64,000 nucleotides of DNA from Octopus sinensis (Eukaryota), in contig NC_043001.1 in NCBI RefSeq assembly GCF_006345805.1, positions 41,478,001 through 41,542,000 of the forward strand, in the 5' to 3' direction. The first letter of the stretch is position 1; the number at the start of each line of letters is the position of its first letter. The position numbers and the translations under genes were made by a program. This document shows positions 39,100 through 51,510 of this stretch, piece by piece. The notes below the pieces were generated by a model, which saw nothing but the letters and a program-made list of their open reading frames with translations, was not told the origin of the DNA and ran no database searches.

Positions 39100-39210
39100 A
39101 TAATGACACGTGTTTCATGGCTATATTTATTTAAGAAATGATTATAGTAAAAAAAATTATAGTAGTGGTAAAATTACTTCGATATAAATATAGCCACTCA
39201 TCAGGTTAAA
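39100..39210 (-). ncRNA. Type I hammerhead ribozyme motif, intact core, weak stem I
   Basis: uuaac-CUGAUGA-g-uggcuauauuua..uaaauauagcca-u-GAAA-cacgug-UC-auua; 12-13-bp stem II; palindrome ACACGUGU. Confidence 0.65.
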
Positions 39211-39285
39211 AATAAACTAGAATAATAAAATAACTAATTAATAAATATATGTAAAAAATCTTTTAAAATATAAATATATTCTTTG

Positions 39286-39328
<43 letters not shown>

Positions 39329-40508
39329 ATATATGTATGTATATGTATAAGATACTAAATATACATTAAGTGAAAACTAAAACAATACTTAAATTATACA
39401 ATACTTTAAAATTAATATACACAATGCTAGTAGAAGCCATTAATATTGTAATCAAAATAAGAAATGGTTAAAATATAGACAAACTCATTAAATAAGCTAA
39501 CTATATAATTAATATATATGTGTAGTATCTATAGATTTAATATATCACTCAATAATATAGTTGACTAAATATCAATTAATATAATACCTAATTATTTAAA
39601 ATTTAATACTACTTAATAAATATACCACCTAATTATTAAATAATATATTGTCTAACAAAATTGATTTTCAAATTAAACTAAATGTAATACGTTAGATCCC
39701 TTTATAAAAAAAAAATCATTCTAAATAAATAGATATAATAATTAATATCTATCGTAACTTATAACTATCAATATATATAAAAATGATATAATGGCTAAAA
39801 TTATTTACTAATGGAAAGTAAGAAACATTTAAACCCAAAAAATTAAAGAAAGGGGCAAAAATATTAGAACAAATGAACAATACACTATGAAGATATTCAA
39901 CCACAACCGACAGTCCAACACTTGAAAGGAACTCAGCCATTTTGCCTCCATCAGGCCCAACACTCAAAAGGAACTCATCCACTTTTGCTTCCTTAAGATC
40001 CAATGCTCCAATGGTGCTCTTTACATACCACCAGCATGTTTGCAAGTTATGTGACACCAGCATCAGCCATGACTACGATTTCACTTGGATTGACGGATAT
40101 ATATATATATAAATATATATAATAGAAATATGTTAAAAAAAGAAAATTAAGGGGAATATTAGAAGAAAAATAAGCGAAAATGCACATTGGAAATCAAAAG
40201 GCTTTTTATGAAAAGTAACGATAGATATATATAATTAGATGAATTGAGGTAGGAATAAAAGAATAAAAGTCATTATTGTGAATTGTTAAAGAGATTTAAA
40301 AGCATGCCGGATTCAGAGAATAACTTATCATTGCTTTGAATGCACACCAATTACTGAATGGTGTCAGGTCTACTAGATTGTGTAAGAGAAGTAAGTAGTT
40401 CTGGATTTGGTGCAATTAGGGTAGATATAGATCTGTAATGTGAATGGTGTATGGGATGTATGGGGGTTAGTGGTATTAATTGAAAGGTTAGTAATGTTCT
40501 GCATTATG

Positions 40509-40826
40509 TTATGTGTACATATTGAGTTGTGGAAGATATTAATTGATGAAAGTTGCCTCTTTATTCATTCTTTGTTATACTGAGGTGTTCTGTGAACATT
40601 GATAGAAGGGGAAAATTAGGAAATTAGGATTAAGATTCCTAGCACACCTTTCTATGTGTTCACTGACCTGTATCTGTCTGTATTGTGAGTGACGGATTTG
40701 TTCTTTGTGGAGAGTGGTTCTTTGCCGGAGCAATATTCCTGTTTGGCCAATATAATTATTACCACACCCTAAGCAAATAATGGCAGAGATAAGATTTTCT
40801 GAGGCACAGGTGAAATTTGATTTAAT
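40509..40826 (-). mobile_element. PLE (Neptune-like) GIY-YIG endonuclease remnant
   Basis: FTCASENLISAIICLGCGNNYIGQTG..LRQRTTLHK.QI...VSEH...C....F.IFPFY...R..KE..FINKY.PQLN; one internal stop. Confidence 0.85.
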
Positions 40827-40870
40827 ATATATATAGTATGTATGTATATATGTGTGTTTGTGTGTGTGTA

Positions 40871-40913
<43 letters not shown>

Positions 40914-41025
40914 TATATATATATACATTCATGATGTTAAGTGATGATGATGATCTATATACACATACATACATATATGTATATGTATATATATATACAT
41001 ACATATATATATGTATATATATATA

Positions 41026-41935
41026 TCATCATCATCATCATCATCGTTTAACGTCCGTTCTCCATGCTAGCATGGGTTGGACGGTTCGACCGGGGATCTG
41101 GGAAGCCAGAAGGCTGCGCCAGGCTCCGGTCTTATCTGGCAATATTTCTACAGCTGGATGCCCTTCCTAACGCCAACCTCTCCGTGAGTGTAGTGGGTGC
41201 TTTTTACGTGCCACCTGCACTGGTGTCAGGCGAGGCTGGCATCAGCCACGGTCGGATTGGTGCATTTTACGTGCCACCTGCACGGAAGCCAGTCAAGGCG
41301 GCACTGGCTTCGGCCACGATTCGGATGGTGCTTTTTACATGCCACCGACATGGAAGCCAGTCGAGGCAGCGCTGGCAACGGCCACGATTCGGATAGTGCT
41401 TTTTACGTATCTCCAGTCCAGGGGTCCTGTCATCTGCCGGGTGCCAGTCATAGGATTGGTTCAATTTCGCTTCCGATTTCGATTTCAATTTCGATTTCAC
41501 TTGCCCCAACAGGTCTTCGCAAACAAAGGGGGGTTGGCATAGGTGCCTGTCGTCGGATGAGGTTCGATATCGACTTCGCTTGCCTCAACAGGTCTTTGTG
41601 TGTCCAAGGGAGGAAAGGCATGCATGAGTGGGCTGGACTCACTTGTCCTGCCTGGTCTTTTCACGCACAGCATATTTCCAAAGGTCTCGGTCACTGGTCA
41701 TTTCCTCAGTGAGACCTAAAGTTCAAAGGTCGTGCTTCACCACTTCGTCCCAAGTTTTCCTGGGTCTACTTCTTCCACAGGTTCCCTCCACTGCTAGGGA
41801 TTGGCACTTTTTCACACACCTATCTTCATCCATTCTCGCCACATGACCATACCAGCGCACTTGTCTCTCTTGCACACCACAACTGATGCTCCTTAGGTCC
41901 AACATTTCTCTCAGGGTACTAACGCTCTGTCGAGC
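41026..41935 (-). mobile_element. RTE LINE 3' end (RT C-terminus, 3' UTR with degenerate tandem units, (ATG)n tail)
   Basis: LREMLDLRSISCGVQERQVRWYGHVARMDEDRCVKKC...GRSRPRKTW; tail (CAT)n at 41026-41044. Confidence 0.9.
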
Positions 41936-41938
41936 ATG

Positions 41939-41975
<37 letters not shown>

Positions 41976-42255
41976 TATATACATAAGAAGTAATATGAGG
42001 ATTCCAATAGAATCAGGTATTTGGAAAGGTTGGGTAATGTCTGTGGTTCCAGCCTCTGTTTGGTGAGAGTCAAAACATCAGATAGGATATTTCAGTTGTG
42101 TACACAGAGAAAACCAACTCTATGAGTATTTAGCACCTAAGAGGCTGGTACAAATTACGTGTTACTTTGAGTAGTATGTTGTTGGTATACTCTAGGGTGT
42201 CCGTTAAGTCAAAAATTCCCTTGGTGTATCATAATCAAACGAGTAATAACATATG

Positions 42256-42581
42256 ATGAATAATTATCAGCTCATTACAGCTGTTGCTTACATAGCTTTT
42301 TAATAGAAGAATGAGAATGTTACATCATTATAAAAGACTGTAATCATCAGATGAGAAGTAATTATACAAAGCAAAAAAATATCTCAAGAATACAGCAGGG
42401 ATGTGTCTGTATTCATAGGATATTCTTTTGTTTTGTAAAATTAGGGAATACAAGTTCACAGGAAATTTAATTTACATGCTTAATTAATGATGATTACGGT
42501 CTGTTATAATGATATAACGTTCTCATTTTCTATTGAAAAGTTACATAAGAAACAGCCATAATGAGCTGACAATTATCCATC
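42256..42581. repeat. Inverted pair (~93-bp arms) of degenerate HHR-bearing repeats
   Basis: Arms 42256-42348 and 42488-42581; minus-strand HHR 42271-42355, plus-strand HHR 42487-42565. Confidence 0.8.
42271..42355 (-). ncRNA. Type I HHR motif with GAAA>GCAA core change
   Basis: cucau-CUGAUGA-uuaca..uguaa-GCAA-cagcug-UA-augag; stems I and II 5 bp each. Confidence 0.6.
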
Positions 42582-42799
42582 TTCTATTATTATTCATATA
42601 GATATACATACACCCTTATTAATTAATTATAATTATGCTGCATTTATTTCTAAATGCTGTATTTGTTTTCCGTGAAAGTTTGGCGCGCTGTTAGTTGGGG
42701 CATTTGAATTATAACGTCGGATGTAATCAATTGAACCACACGCGTATTTATCGTTATGGTAAAATCTGGCGTGTGATTGAGTGGATTTCATCCAGATAG

Positions 42800-42880
42800 T
42801 TTTGGCTGACGAGCTACAAGTGGATTTTTTTGTAAGTAAAATTACATTAATTCATTAATAGCGAAACAATTGTCCCAAAA
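42800..42880 (+). ncRNA. Canonical type I hammerhead ribozyme (minimal stem III)
   Basis: uuuugg-CUGACGA-gcua..uagc-GAAA-caauug-UC-ccaaaa; all core nucleotides present; predicted cleavage after C42874. Confidence 0.85.
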
Positions 42881-43327
42881 TAATCTGTATTTTTGTTATT
42901 TTTTATTTGCCCTGTCCGTGTGAGCTAAACAATCGACTGACTTTCATGGGAAACATGTATTTTTGTGGTTGAAACCTTTGGATTAACTGGTGCTAGAGTG
43001 AGCCATATAGTGACCACTCTCTATATTTATTTTGTAAAAATATTGTAATTATTATAAATATTATAATAATCCAGGTTTCTCGGAGCACTAGGCCACTTGG
43101 TGTTGAATAGATATACTATTAAATTAGTATCTAATTCTCTCACCCTATTAATTAATTATAATTATGCTGCATTTTTTCTAAATGCTGTATTTGTTTTCCA
43201 TGAAAGTTTGGCGCGCTGTTAGTTGGGGCATTTGAATTATAACGTCGGATGTAATCAATTGAACCACACGCGTATTTATCGTTATGGTAAAATCTGGCGT
43301 GTGATTGAGTGGATTTCATCCAGATAG

Positions 43328-43408
43328 TTTTGGCTGACGAGCTACAAGTGGATTTTTTTGTAAGTAAAATTACATTTAATTCATTAATAGCGAAACAATT
43401 GTCCAAAA
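43328..43408 (+). ncRNA. Second HHR copy; core intact, stem I lacks one C
   Basis: uuuugg-CUGACGA-gcua..uagc-GAAA-caauug-UC-caaaa; predicted cleavage after C43403. Confidence 0.75.
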
Positions 43409-43669
43409 TAATCTGTATTTTGTTATTTTTTATTTGCCCTGTCCGTGTGAGCTAACAATCGTACTGACTTTCATGGGAAACATGTATTTTTGTGGTTGAA
43501 ACCTTTTGGATTAACTGGTGCTAGAGTGAGCCATATAGTGACCACTCTCTTATATTTATTTTATATATAGTATATATATATATAATATATATATATATAT
43601 ATACACACATACATACATATATGCATATGTGTGTGTGTGTTGTGTAAAATGGACTTTCACACAGTTTCT

Positions 43670-43893
43670 TATTTCCTTATTGCCCACAAGGGGCGAAACA
43701 TAGAGGGGACAGACAAAGGGATTAAGTCAATTACATCGACCCCAGGGCATAACTGGTTCTTAATTTATCGACCTCGAAAGGATGAAAGGCAAGATCAGCC
43801 TCGGCGGAATTTGAACTCAGAACGTAAAGACAGACAAAATGCTGCTAAGCATTTCGCCCAGCGTGCTAATGTTTCTGCCAACTTGCCGCCTGG
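43670..43893 (-). mobile_element. SINE family A with 16-bp TSD
   Basis: CTTTCACACAGTTTCT at 43654-43669 and 43894-43909. Confidence 0.9.
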
Positions 43894-44248
43894 CTTTCAC
43901 ACAGTTTCTGTTCACCATGTTCACATCTATAAGGCATTGGTCAACCAAGGCCTTATAGTAGATGACAGTTGTAGCTGTCAACTTGCCTGATAAGAAAAAT
44001 CCAATTAAGCATGTAAATAAAATTTCCTGTGAACTTGTACTCCCTAATTGCTACAAGCGTTTCCTGTTTTTCACCCCTCCATCTAAGGAACAAATTTCAT
44101 TTCATTTTAATTTCTTTTTCTGTATGTTAGTACATCACCACCCACCTGAGTTATATAAACTCTTGCTATTTTGCCCACTTGAGTTATTTTCCTTATCTCA
44201 CATTTTTTTAATAGTATATTAGCAGAGGCATGTACACAAATGAACACA

Positions 44249-44281
<33 letters not shown>

Positions 44282-44831
44282 TCTGACATGAATTTTGAAG
44301 GAATTCTTTTGTTGATGATATCCTTTCCTGTTATAGAAATGTGGTTCATTAGTTGTATTTGCATTTTACGACTGTTTTAAAATAGCAAGAAAAATAAAAC
44401 AACAACAAAGAAAAGAAAATGGAATAAATGTTTATAATACAAGGTTAGTATCTAAATAGGTTTCTAAAATAGCCACACAACCAAGCTAAGATTCTGAGAA
44501 TGGTTTCTTATCAGTAATAATAACTGAAAATAAGTTACTCCATTTTAACAGGTATTTTAGGCATTAGGTTTTGCATAATTATTTGATGCTCTCCTTTCTA
44601 GTTTTAATTAATATTTTACTTTGGAATGTTTGAAATATAGCTTCAGATTTTAGTGCCATAAATGCTAACTGACCAATCTATGCTTTTATTTTGTTTTTGC
44701 CTTCTTTTGATAATATGCTATCTGCAACACTTATGCTCGCATAAACAGACTTGCTTGCAAATAACATCCACTGATGAAGAAAGAGAGGGTGGTGTGGGAG
44801 GGGAGGACAGAATGTACGTGTTTGTACACTA

Positions 44832-45005
44832 AGCATAGATGTAACTGTATGGTAAGAAGCTTGCTTCCCGACCACATGTTTCCAGGTTCAGTCCCACTGC
44901 ATGGCACCTTGGGCAAGTGTCTTCTACCATAACCTCGAGCCAACCAAACCTTGTGAGTGGATTTAGTAGATGGAAACTGAAAGAAGCTCATTGTATATCT
45001 ATATA

Positions 45006-45090
<85 letters not shown>

Positions 45091-45316
45091 ATGTATGTAT
45101 ATTTCTATGTGTGTGTGTTTGTCTCCCCATCACTTTGACTACTGGTTGTGGTGTGTTTGCATTCTCATAACTTAGCAGTTTGCCATAAGAGACCGATAGA
45201 ATAAGTACTAAGTTTAAAGAAAAAAATAGGTTCTGAGGTCGATTTATTCAACTAAAACCCTTCAAGGTGGAGCTCCAGCATGGTTGTAGTAAAATGACTG
45301 AAATAAGTAAAAGAAT
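44832..45316 (+). mobile_element. SINE family B with expanded internal (TA)n
   Basis: A/B boxes, CCTTGGGCAAGTGTCTTCTAC, standard 3' end. Confidence 0.85.
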
Positions 45317-45589
45317 ATATATATGTATACTGTATTCAACCTGTTAGAAAGAGAAGTCAGCTTCCCTCAAATCATACCCTACCAAATGAAAAGACAAGAA
45401 ACATTTGACAATGTATTCCTTGTATATATGTATATACATACACACAATGAGACAGGAATGTCATGGCTAGAACGCTTTTGTTTTATAATTCACCACAATC
45501 AAAGCTGACGTGGGGCTAAACAATAGTTCAGCTGAGCTAGAACTGCATTTGATACAGATTTATGTGCTATATATGTATATGCCAAAATA

Positions 45590-46080
<491 letters not shown>

Positions 46081-46559
46081 GAATGCTTATACATGAATTC
46101 ACATATGTACGCATAAAGATGGTAATGAAATTTGTTGTGATTTCCTTTACTGTACATTAATGGGATGTTCATATATATTGGTTTGCCAATCAAAGAGTGG
46201 AGTAATGGCTTTCTGTCAGAAATCAATGACACTTTTCTGATGCCATCAAATTCCTTATTCCCTTTAATGTGTAGTGAAACTGTTGACAGCAGATGAGTTA
46301 GGGAGAGAATCTTTAGAAAACTTACAATGCTTGACTTAGTGCTAATATCATCACTGCTAGCAACATGTATGCATGTGTATATGTGCATGAATAGAAATAT
46401 GTACTGATATATTTATAAACAACACACACATGCACACACACATACATACACATAAATACACACACACACCTGTGTGTGTGTATGTGTGTGTATAAATATG
46501 TATGTATATACATTAACACATACACATATGCACACCCACACCCACTATACATACGAAAA

Positions 46560-46710
46560 TATATATATAATATATATATATATATAATATATATATATAT
46601 ATTATTATATATATATAATATATATATGTATATATATATATATGTATATATATGTATATATATATATGTATATATATGTATTATATATATATATATATGT
46701 ATGTAAATAT

Positions 46711-46761
<51 letters not shown>
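46560..46761. repeat. (TA)n array
   Basis: Direct reading. Confidence 0.95.
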
Positions 46762-46763
<2 letters not shown>

Positions 46764-46918
46764 TTTATTCTTGTACTTGTTTCAGTTATTTGGCAATGTT
46801 TCAACAGCTGGATGCCCTTCCTAACACCAACCACGTCAAGAGTGTAGTGGGTGCTTTTTACGTGCCACCAGCATGGGAGCCAATCAGGAGGCACTGGCAT
46901 TGACCACATTTATATATA

Positions 46919-48711
46919 TACATTAATTACTGGTGAAGGTTGGTTTATAGGGTTACTCTGGGTTTCTCACCATAAAGGGTACCTTCATGGCGTATTTTCA
47001 GACCCTAAGACCAGTTGGCCTATGGCCACTTTAAAATATGGAGGAGCAAAACAATACAGATATAAACAATGGGGATTATCTCCCTTTGGTGCTGGACATC
47101 AGCTTCCCGCTTTGTTGTCCTCCTTTAGTCATGCCACTTGTCAGCTATGAGAGTAAACATTAGTGGGGTTATCCCCTACTCTCATCAACAATCAATTTCC
47201 AGCTGTGGTGTAATGGTTCAGTATGATCTCTGGTACGAGTTTTTCAGAATATCTTTGTGTTCAGTTATGCATAGCTTGCAGTGTTTTGTTCCATTTATCT
47301 ACGGACGCAGATGGTGAGGGATTCCATGATATCGAGTATGGAATTCCATCTTCCTTCAGTTGCCAGATATGGCTGGCCAGTGATGTTATATATTTCCTTT
47401 CTGGGATCCTGAAGGAGGATCTACGATCAGAAAGACATTTCTTAAAGGAAGTTCTTATGCATCCATTGTATTTCCTTGGATGCATGGAGTCAATGTCATG
47501 CCTACTACTGCTGCTGTTGTTGCTGCCACCACTACTGCCATCAGTGCTGATGGTGTTGCTGTTGTTGTTGCTGTTGTTGCTGTTGCTGTTGTTGCTGCTG
47601 CTGGTGCTGCTGATGATGTTGATTCTGTTGGTGGTGCTGGAGTTATGGCTGTTGGTGGTGGTGCAGCAGCAGCAACAATGGCAGTAACATCAACATCTGC
47701 AGGCTTAATAAAATCAACACATGCATCACCAGCAACATATGCAGAGGCAGTAACACTACTGACACAACCACCACCAACAGCCCCAGCTCCAGCATCACCA
47801 GAATCAACACTATCAGCAGCACCAGCAGCAACAACAATAGTGGCACAGACGGCAGCAACAACATTGATAACAACAACTGCAACAGCAGCAACAACAGCTG
47901 CAGCAACAACAGCTGCAGCAACAACAGCTGCAGCAACAACAGCTGCAGCAACAATAGCTGCAGCAACAACAGCTGCAGCAACAGCAACAATAACAGCAAC
48001 AACAACAGCACTGACAGCAGCAGCAGTGGCAGCAACAACAACAGCAATAATAGGCATGACACCAACTCCACGCATCCAAGGAAATATATTGGCTGCACGG
48101 GAACTTCCTTTAAAAAAATGTCTTTCCAACCATAGATCCTCCTTCAGGGTCCCAAAAAGGAGATATGTTACATCACTGGCCAGCCATATCTGGCAACTGA
48201 AGGAAGATGGAATTCCATACTTGATATCATGGAAAATCCTCCACCGTCTGGTTCCGTACATAAATGAAGCAAAACGCTGAAAGCTATTCATAGCTGAATG
48301 CATGGAAATCCTGAAAAACTTGCAAGGACCATACTGAATTCCAGAACAGAGATTTTCAGACAATGCTTGCATTTCAGGAAATTCCTGTTAGCATTTTGGG
48401 AACCACATAAAAGCTCTAATAGCAGTATTAATGATAATTACACCACAGCTGGAAATTGATTGCTGATGAGAGTAGGGGATAACTCCCTACCTTTTACCCT
48501 CATAGCTGACAGGTGGTGTGACTGAAGGAGGACAACACAGCCAGAAGCCGATGACCAGCACCAAAGGGAAATAATCTCCATTGTTTATATCTATCATTTG
48601 CCCTCACATTTTAAAGAGGCCTTTGGGTCTGAAGATAGACCATAAAGGTACCCTTTATGGTGAGAAACCCAGGGTAACCCTATTAACTGGCCTTCACCAA
48701 TAATTAATATA
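46919..48711. mobile_element. Divergent inverted pair of PLE 3' ends (GIY-YIG plus pLTR) joined through a (GCA/ACA)-rich tract
   Basis: Both arms encode KY(I/N)GC..TSFKK..S.HRSSFR.P...Y.TSLASHIWQLKEDGIPY.ISW; outer ends CCTTCACCA(A/G)TAATTAAT mirror each other. Confidence 0.85.
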
Positions 48712-48789
48712 GACTGCTCTACTTCCTACAGTGTGCTTCTTCTCTGGATTTATGTTTTTCTCAAAAAACGATTAAATATATATATTAAA

Positions 48790-49620
48790 TATATATAATC
48801 ACATCATCATTCAGTTCTATATTTAAGAGATGAAGAATTATGTACATTATTTATATTCTATGGATATTTGTCCTCATCTTGTTTGATGTTAACACAACGG
48901 TTTGGCTGATATACCCTCCAGCCTTCTTCAGGTGTCTTGGGGAAATTTCGAACCTGGGTTCTCATACCTAAGGTATTTTTCGATGTTATTATTATTATTA
49001 TTGTTGTTGTTGCTTAGAATTGAACTTGGAATCTTGGGATTAGTAGCCCATGCTCTTAACCACTAGGCCATATGCCCGCGGGCAATTATGGAGTGAATTT
49101 TAGGGCTTATAAATCTAATATTTTTCTATCCTTCCTTAATACCGGTTCCCATATGCTGCTCATATCTGCACTCAGTCTGTTTAGGAGGTTGTTGTGTCCT
49201 AGCATATGTGCTGCTTCTTTTAGTTTTCATATTTTCCAGTGGTGTTCTCTGTCTATTATTTTAACTTCATCCCACAGGGGTAGGTGGTCTCCATTTTTCC
49301 ATACATGATCAGCTATACTCAATTTACCAATATCCCTTCATGTCACAGCTTTGTGATGCTTGTCTACCCTTATTTTGAGGTGAGGCATGTTTTGCCTTTG
49401 TATAACCTACCACAGCTGCATGGGATGGAGTACACACAGTCTTTGGTCATATTCTCTTCTATTGGTGGTTTTACCTGAAGGAGATATTTGCAAACCCAAA
49501 TTCAAAATTTCCCCAAGACACCTTCAGAAGGCTGGAAGGTATATCAGCCGAAACGTTGTGTTAACAACAAACAACATGACAAATATCCTTCGAATGTAAA
49601 TAATGCACATCATCATTGTT
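48790..49620 (-). mobile_element. 5'-truncated Penelope/Poseidon-like PLE with inverted pLTR copy
   Basis: 49107-49490 (-): CVYSIPCSCGRLYKGKT...IRVDKH...SIADHVW...WDEVKII....W...KLKEA; pLTR ~48840-48980 (-) mirrored at ~49500-49610 (+); mini-HHR motifs 48891-48936 and 49517-49562. Confidence 0.85.
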
Positions 49621-49789
49621 CTAACATCCACTTTTCCATACTTGCATGGACTGGCTGGAATTTGTTGAGGCAGACTTTTCTGTGACTGGATGCCCTTCCT
49701 GTCACCATACTTCATCTGGTAAAATTTCTCTGTTGTTGGAAATGTGATGTCAAGACAAGGCGATAGAAACAGACACACATACACACACA

Positions 49790-51510
49790 CTATATATATT
49801 CATTTTTCACTTCAGATTTATTCTTGTTCTTATTTTATGTCCTTTGTCTTGAAATTTTTCATCATACCTCCTGTGACCTCTTCAGTGACTCTCCATCCCA
49901 CGTGTCTCCTCCTGTTCTGTTTAGTCCATTCTATCTATCTATGGTGTGTCTCCTTATCTGCACATGTATTAGTGTCTATATCTGTGTGTGTGTGTGTTCG
50001 CTTGTGTGCGTGTGTGTGTGTTTGCTTGTGTGCGTGTGTGTGTGTATGTATGTGCGTGTGTGTGTCTGTGTGCCTCCATGTGTGCGTTTGTCTATGTGTT
50101 TTGTACATGTGTTTGCCCTTTATTTAACTTTTTCATTTATCTACTTATTTATTCTTTTTTTATTGGTTTCAGTCATTTCACTGCAGTCATGCTGAGGCTC
50201 CGCCTGTTTTTTTAGTCAAGCAAATTGACCCCAGAACTTATTCTTTGTAAGCCTAGCATTTATTCTATCAGTCTCTTTTTGCCGAAATGTTAAGTTCTAT
50301 AAGCCTCTTTTTGCCGAACTGTTAAGTTAGGGGGATATAAACACACCAGCATCAGTTGTCAAGCAATGTTGGGGTGGGGGAACAAACACAAACACACACA
50401 CACACACATATATACGACAGGCTTCTTTCAGTTTCCGTCTACCAAATCCACTCACAAGGCTTTGGTCAGCCCGAGGCTATAGTAGAAGTTGTAGATGACA
50501 TTTGCCCAAGGTGTCATGCAGTGGGACTAAACCTGGAACCATGTGGTTGGTAAGCAAGCTATTTGCCACACAGTCACTCTTGTGCCTATTTATCTATTTT
50601 TTTCCCATTTTGTCTTAGGTTGTGTATGTGTGGCTTTTGTGTGTATATATATAAATGGACTTATGTATTATACTGTTTGTATCTGTGTCTTTTTTTCTGT
50701 CTTTAGTCATCCTGTTGTGTATCGTGTTGGTGTGGGATGTTATTGTTCCATTAGTTCCATTAGTAGTTTCTGTTGAGGTCCAGTCTGTCTATTACTATGT
50801 GTGTGGCCGCTGTAATCTGTCTAGGTGTTATTTCTGCTGTATGCATTGACAATACTTTAACATCTATGTTATTAACTTAGCCTCTATGTTCTAAATGATC
50901 TCCTTCCTCTTTGATCTCCCACCAGTGTTCACCTATCCACTCCTCTATGCTACATACTGTCTCCCCAATTTAAGTTGTTGTCTTGTTTCTGCGTTGTCTC
51001 TCAGTACACTGTGTGGTATAGACTACATTCTTAATCTTACAGTTAAACCACCCACCACCACACTATGCAGCATGACTAAAGACAGAATGGGAGAAAAAAA
51101 GGTGCAGATACAAACAATATAATACACAAACCCATATACACACAAAAAAAAGACACACATACACATATCTAAGACGAAATGCAAAAAACACAGAGAGATA
51201 AATATGTCAATAAATGAAACAAAAAGACTAAATAAAGGGTATGGATACAGACAGTATAGTAAGCAAACCCATATACACACACACAAAACACATAGGCAGA
51301 TGTACATGCATGCATGCACACACACACACACACACACACACAGATACAGATGCAAACACATGTGCTGATAAGGAGACACGCTATAGAAAGATAGAATGGA
51401 CTAAACAGAGCAGGAGACATGTGGGATGGTGAGTTGCAGAAGAGGTCACAGGATGTAGGTTAAAAGATTTCCAGACAAAGGACATAAAATAAGAATAATA
51501 ATACATCCAA
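49790..51510 (-). mobile_element. Decayed PLE (GIY-YIG remnant 50770-50975) with inverted pLTRs, one split by a SINE
   Basis: IGETVCSIEEWIGEHW...IDVKVL...RQI.AATHI....DLN; 49800-49990 and 50590-50720 are reverse complements of 51350-51500 and 51060-51190. Confidence 0.65.
50150..50587 (-). mobile_element. SINE family B
   Basis: Reverse complement of family B head to tail. Confidence 0.85.

Larger units (their letters stand above)
42611..43563 (+). repeat. 530-bp tandem repeat (1.8 units), each unit with an HHR
   Basis: Units start CACCC(T)TATTAATTAATTATAATTATGCTGC at 42611 and 43141; differences mostly single-base indels. Confidence 0.92.

Noticed and set aside
39210-39900. Mitochondrial-like AT-rich segment (NUMT)
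   Set aside because: No mitochondrial ORF, tRNA or rRNA motif recognised; better explained as pLTR-type sequence.
47480-48280. Ala/Thr-repeat ORF resembling antifreeze glycoprotein or mucin
   Set aside because: No signal peptide; the unit is AATTA not AAT; the conserved PLE frame is shifted by one base; both strands are open because of the repeat.
48460-48510. CTGATGA-GAGTA...TAC(C/T)C hairpin, also at 47145-47190 on the minus strand
   Set aside because: GAAA is absent in both copies (TCATAG instead).
49850-49895. CTGAAGA-GGTCAC motif in the pLTR, mirrored at ~51435-51470
   Set aside because: Too degenerate; the 3' strand of stem II is missing in both copies.
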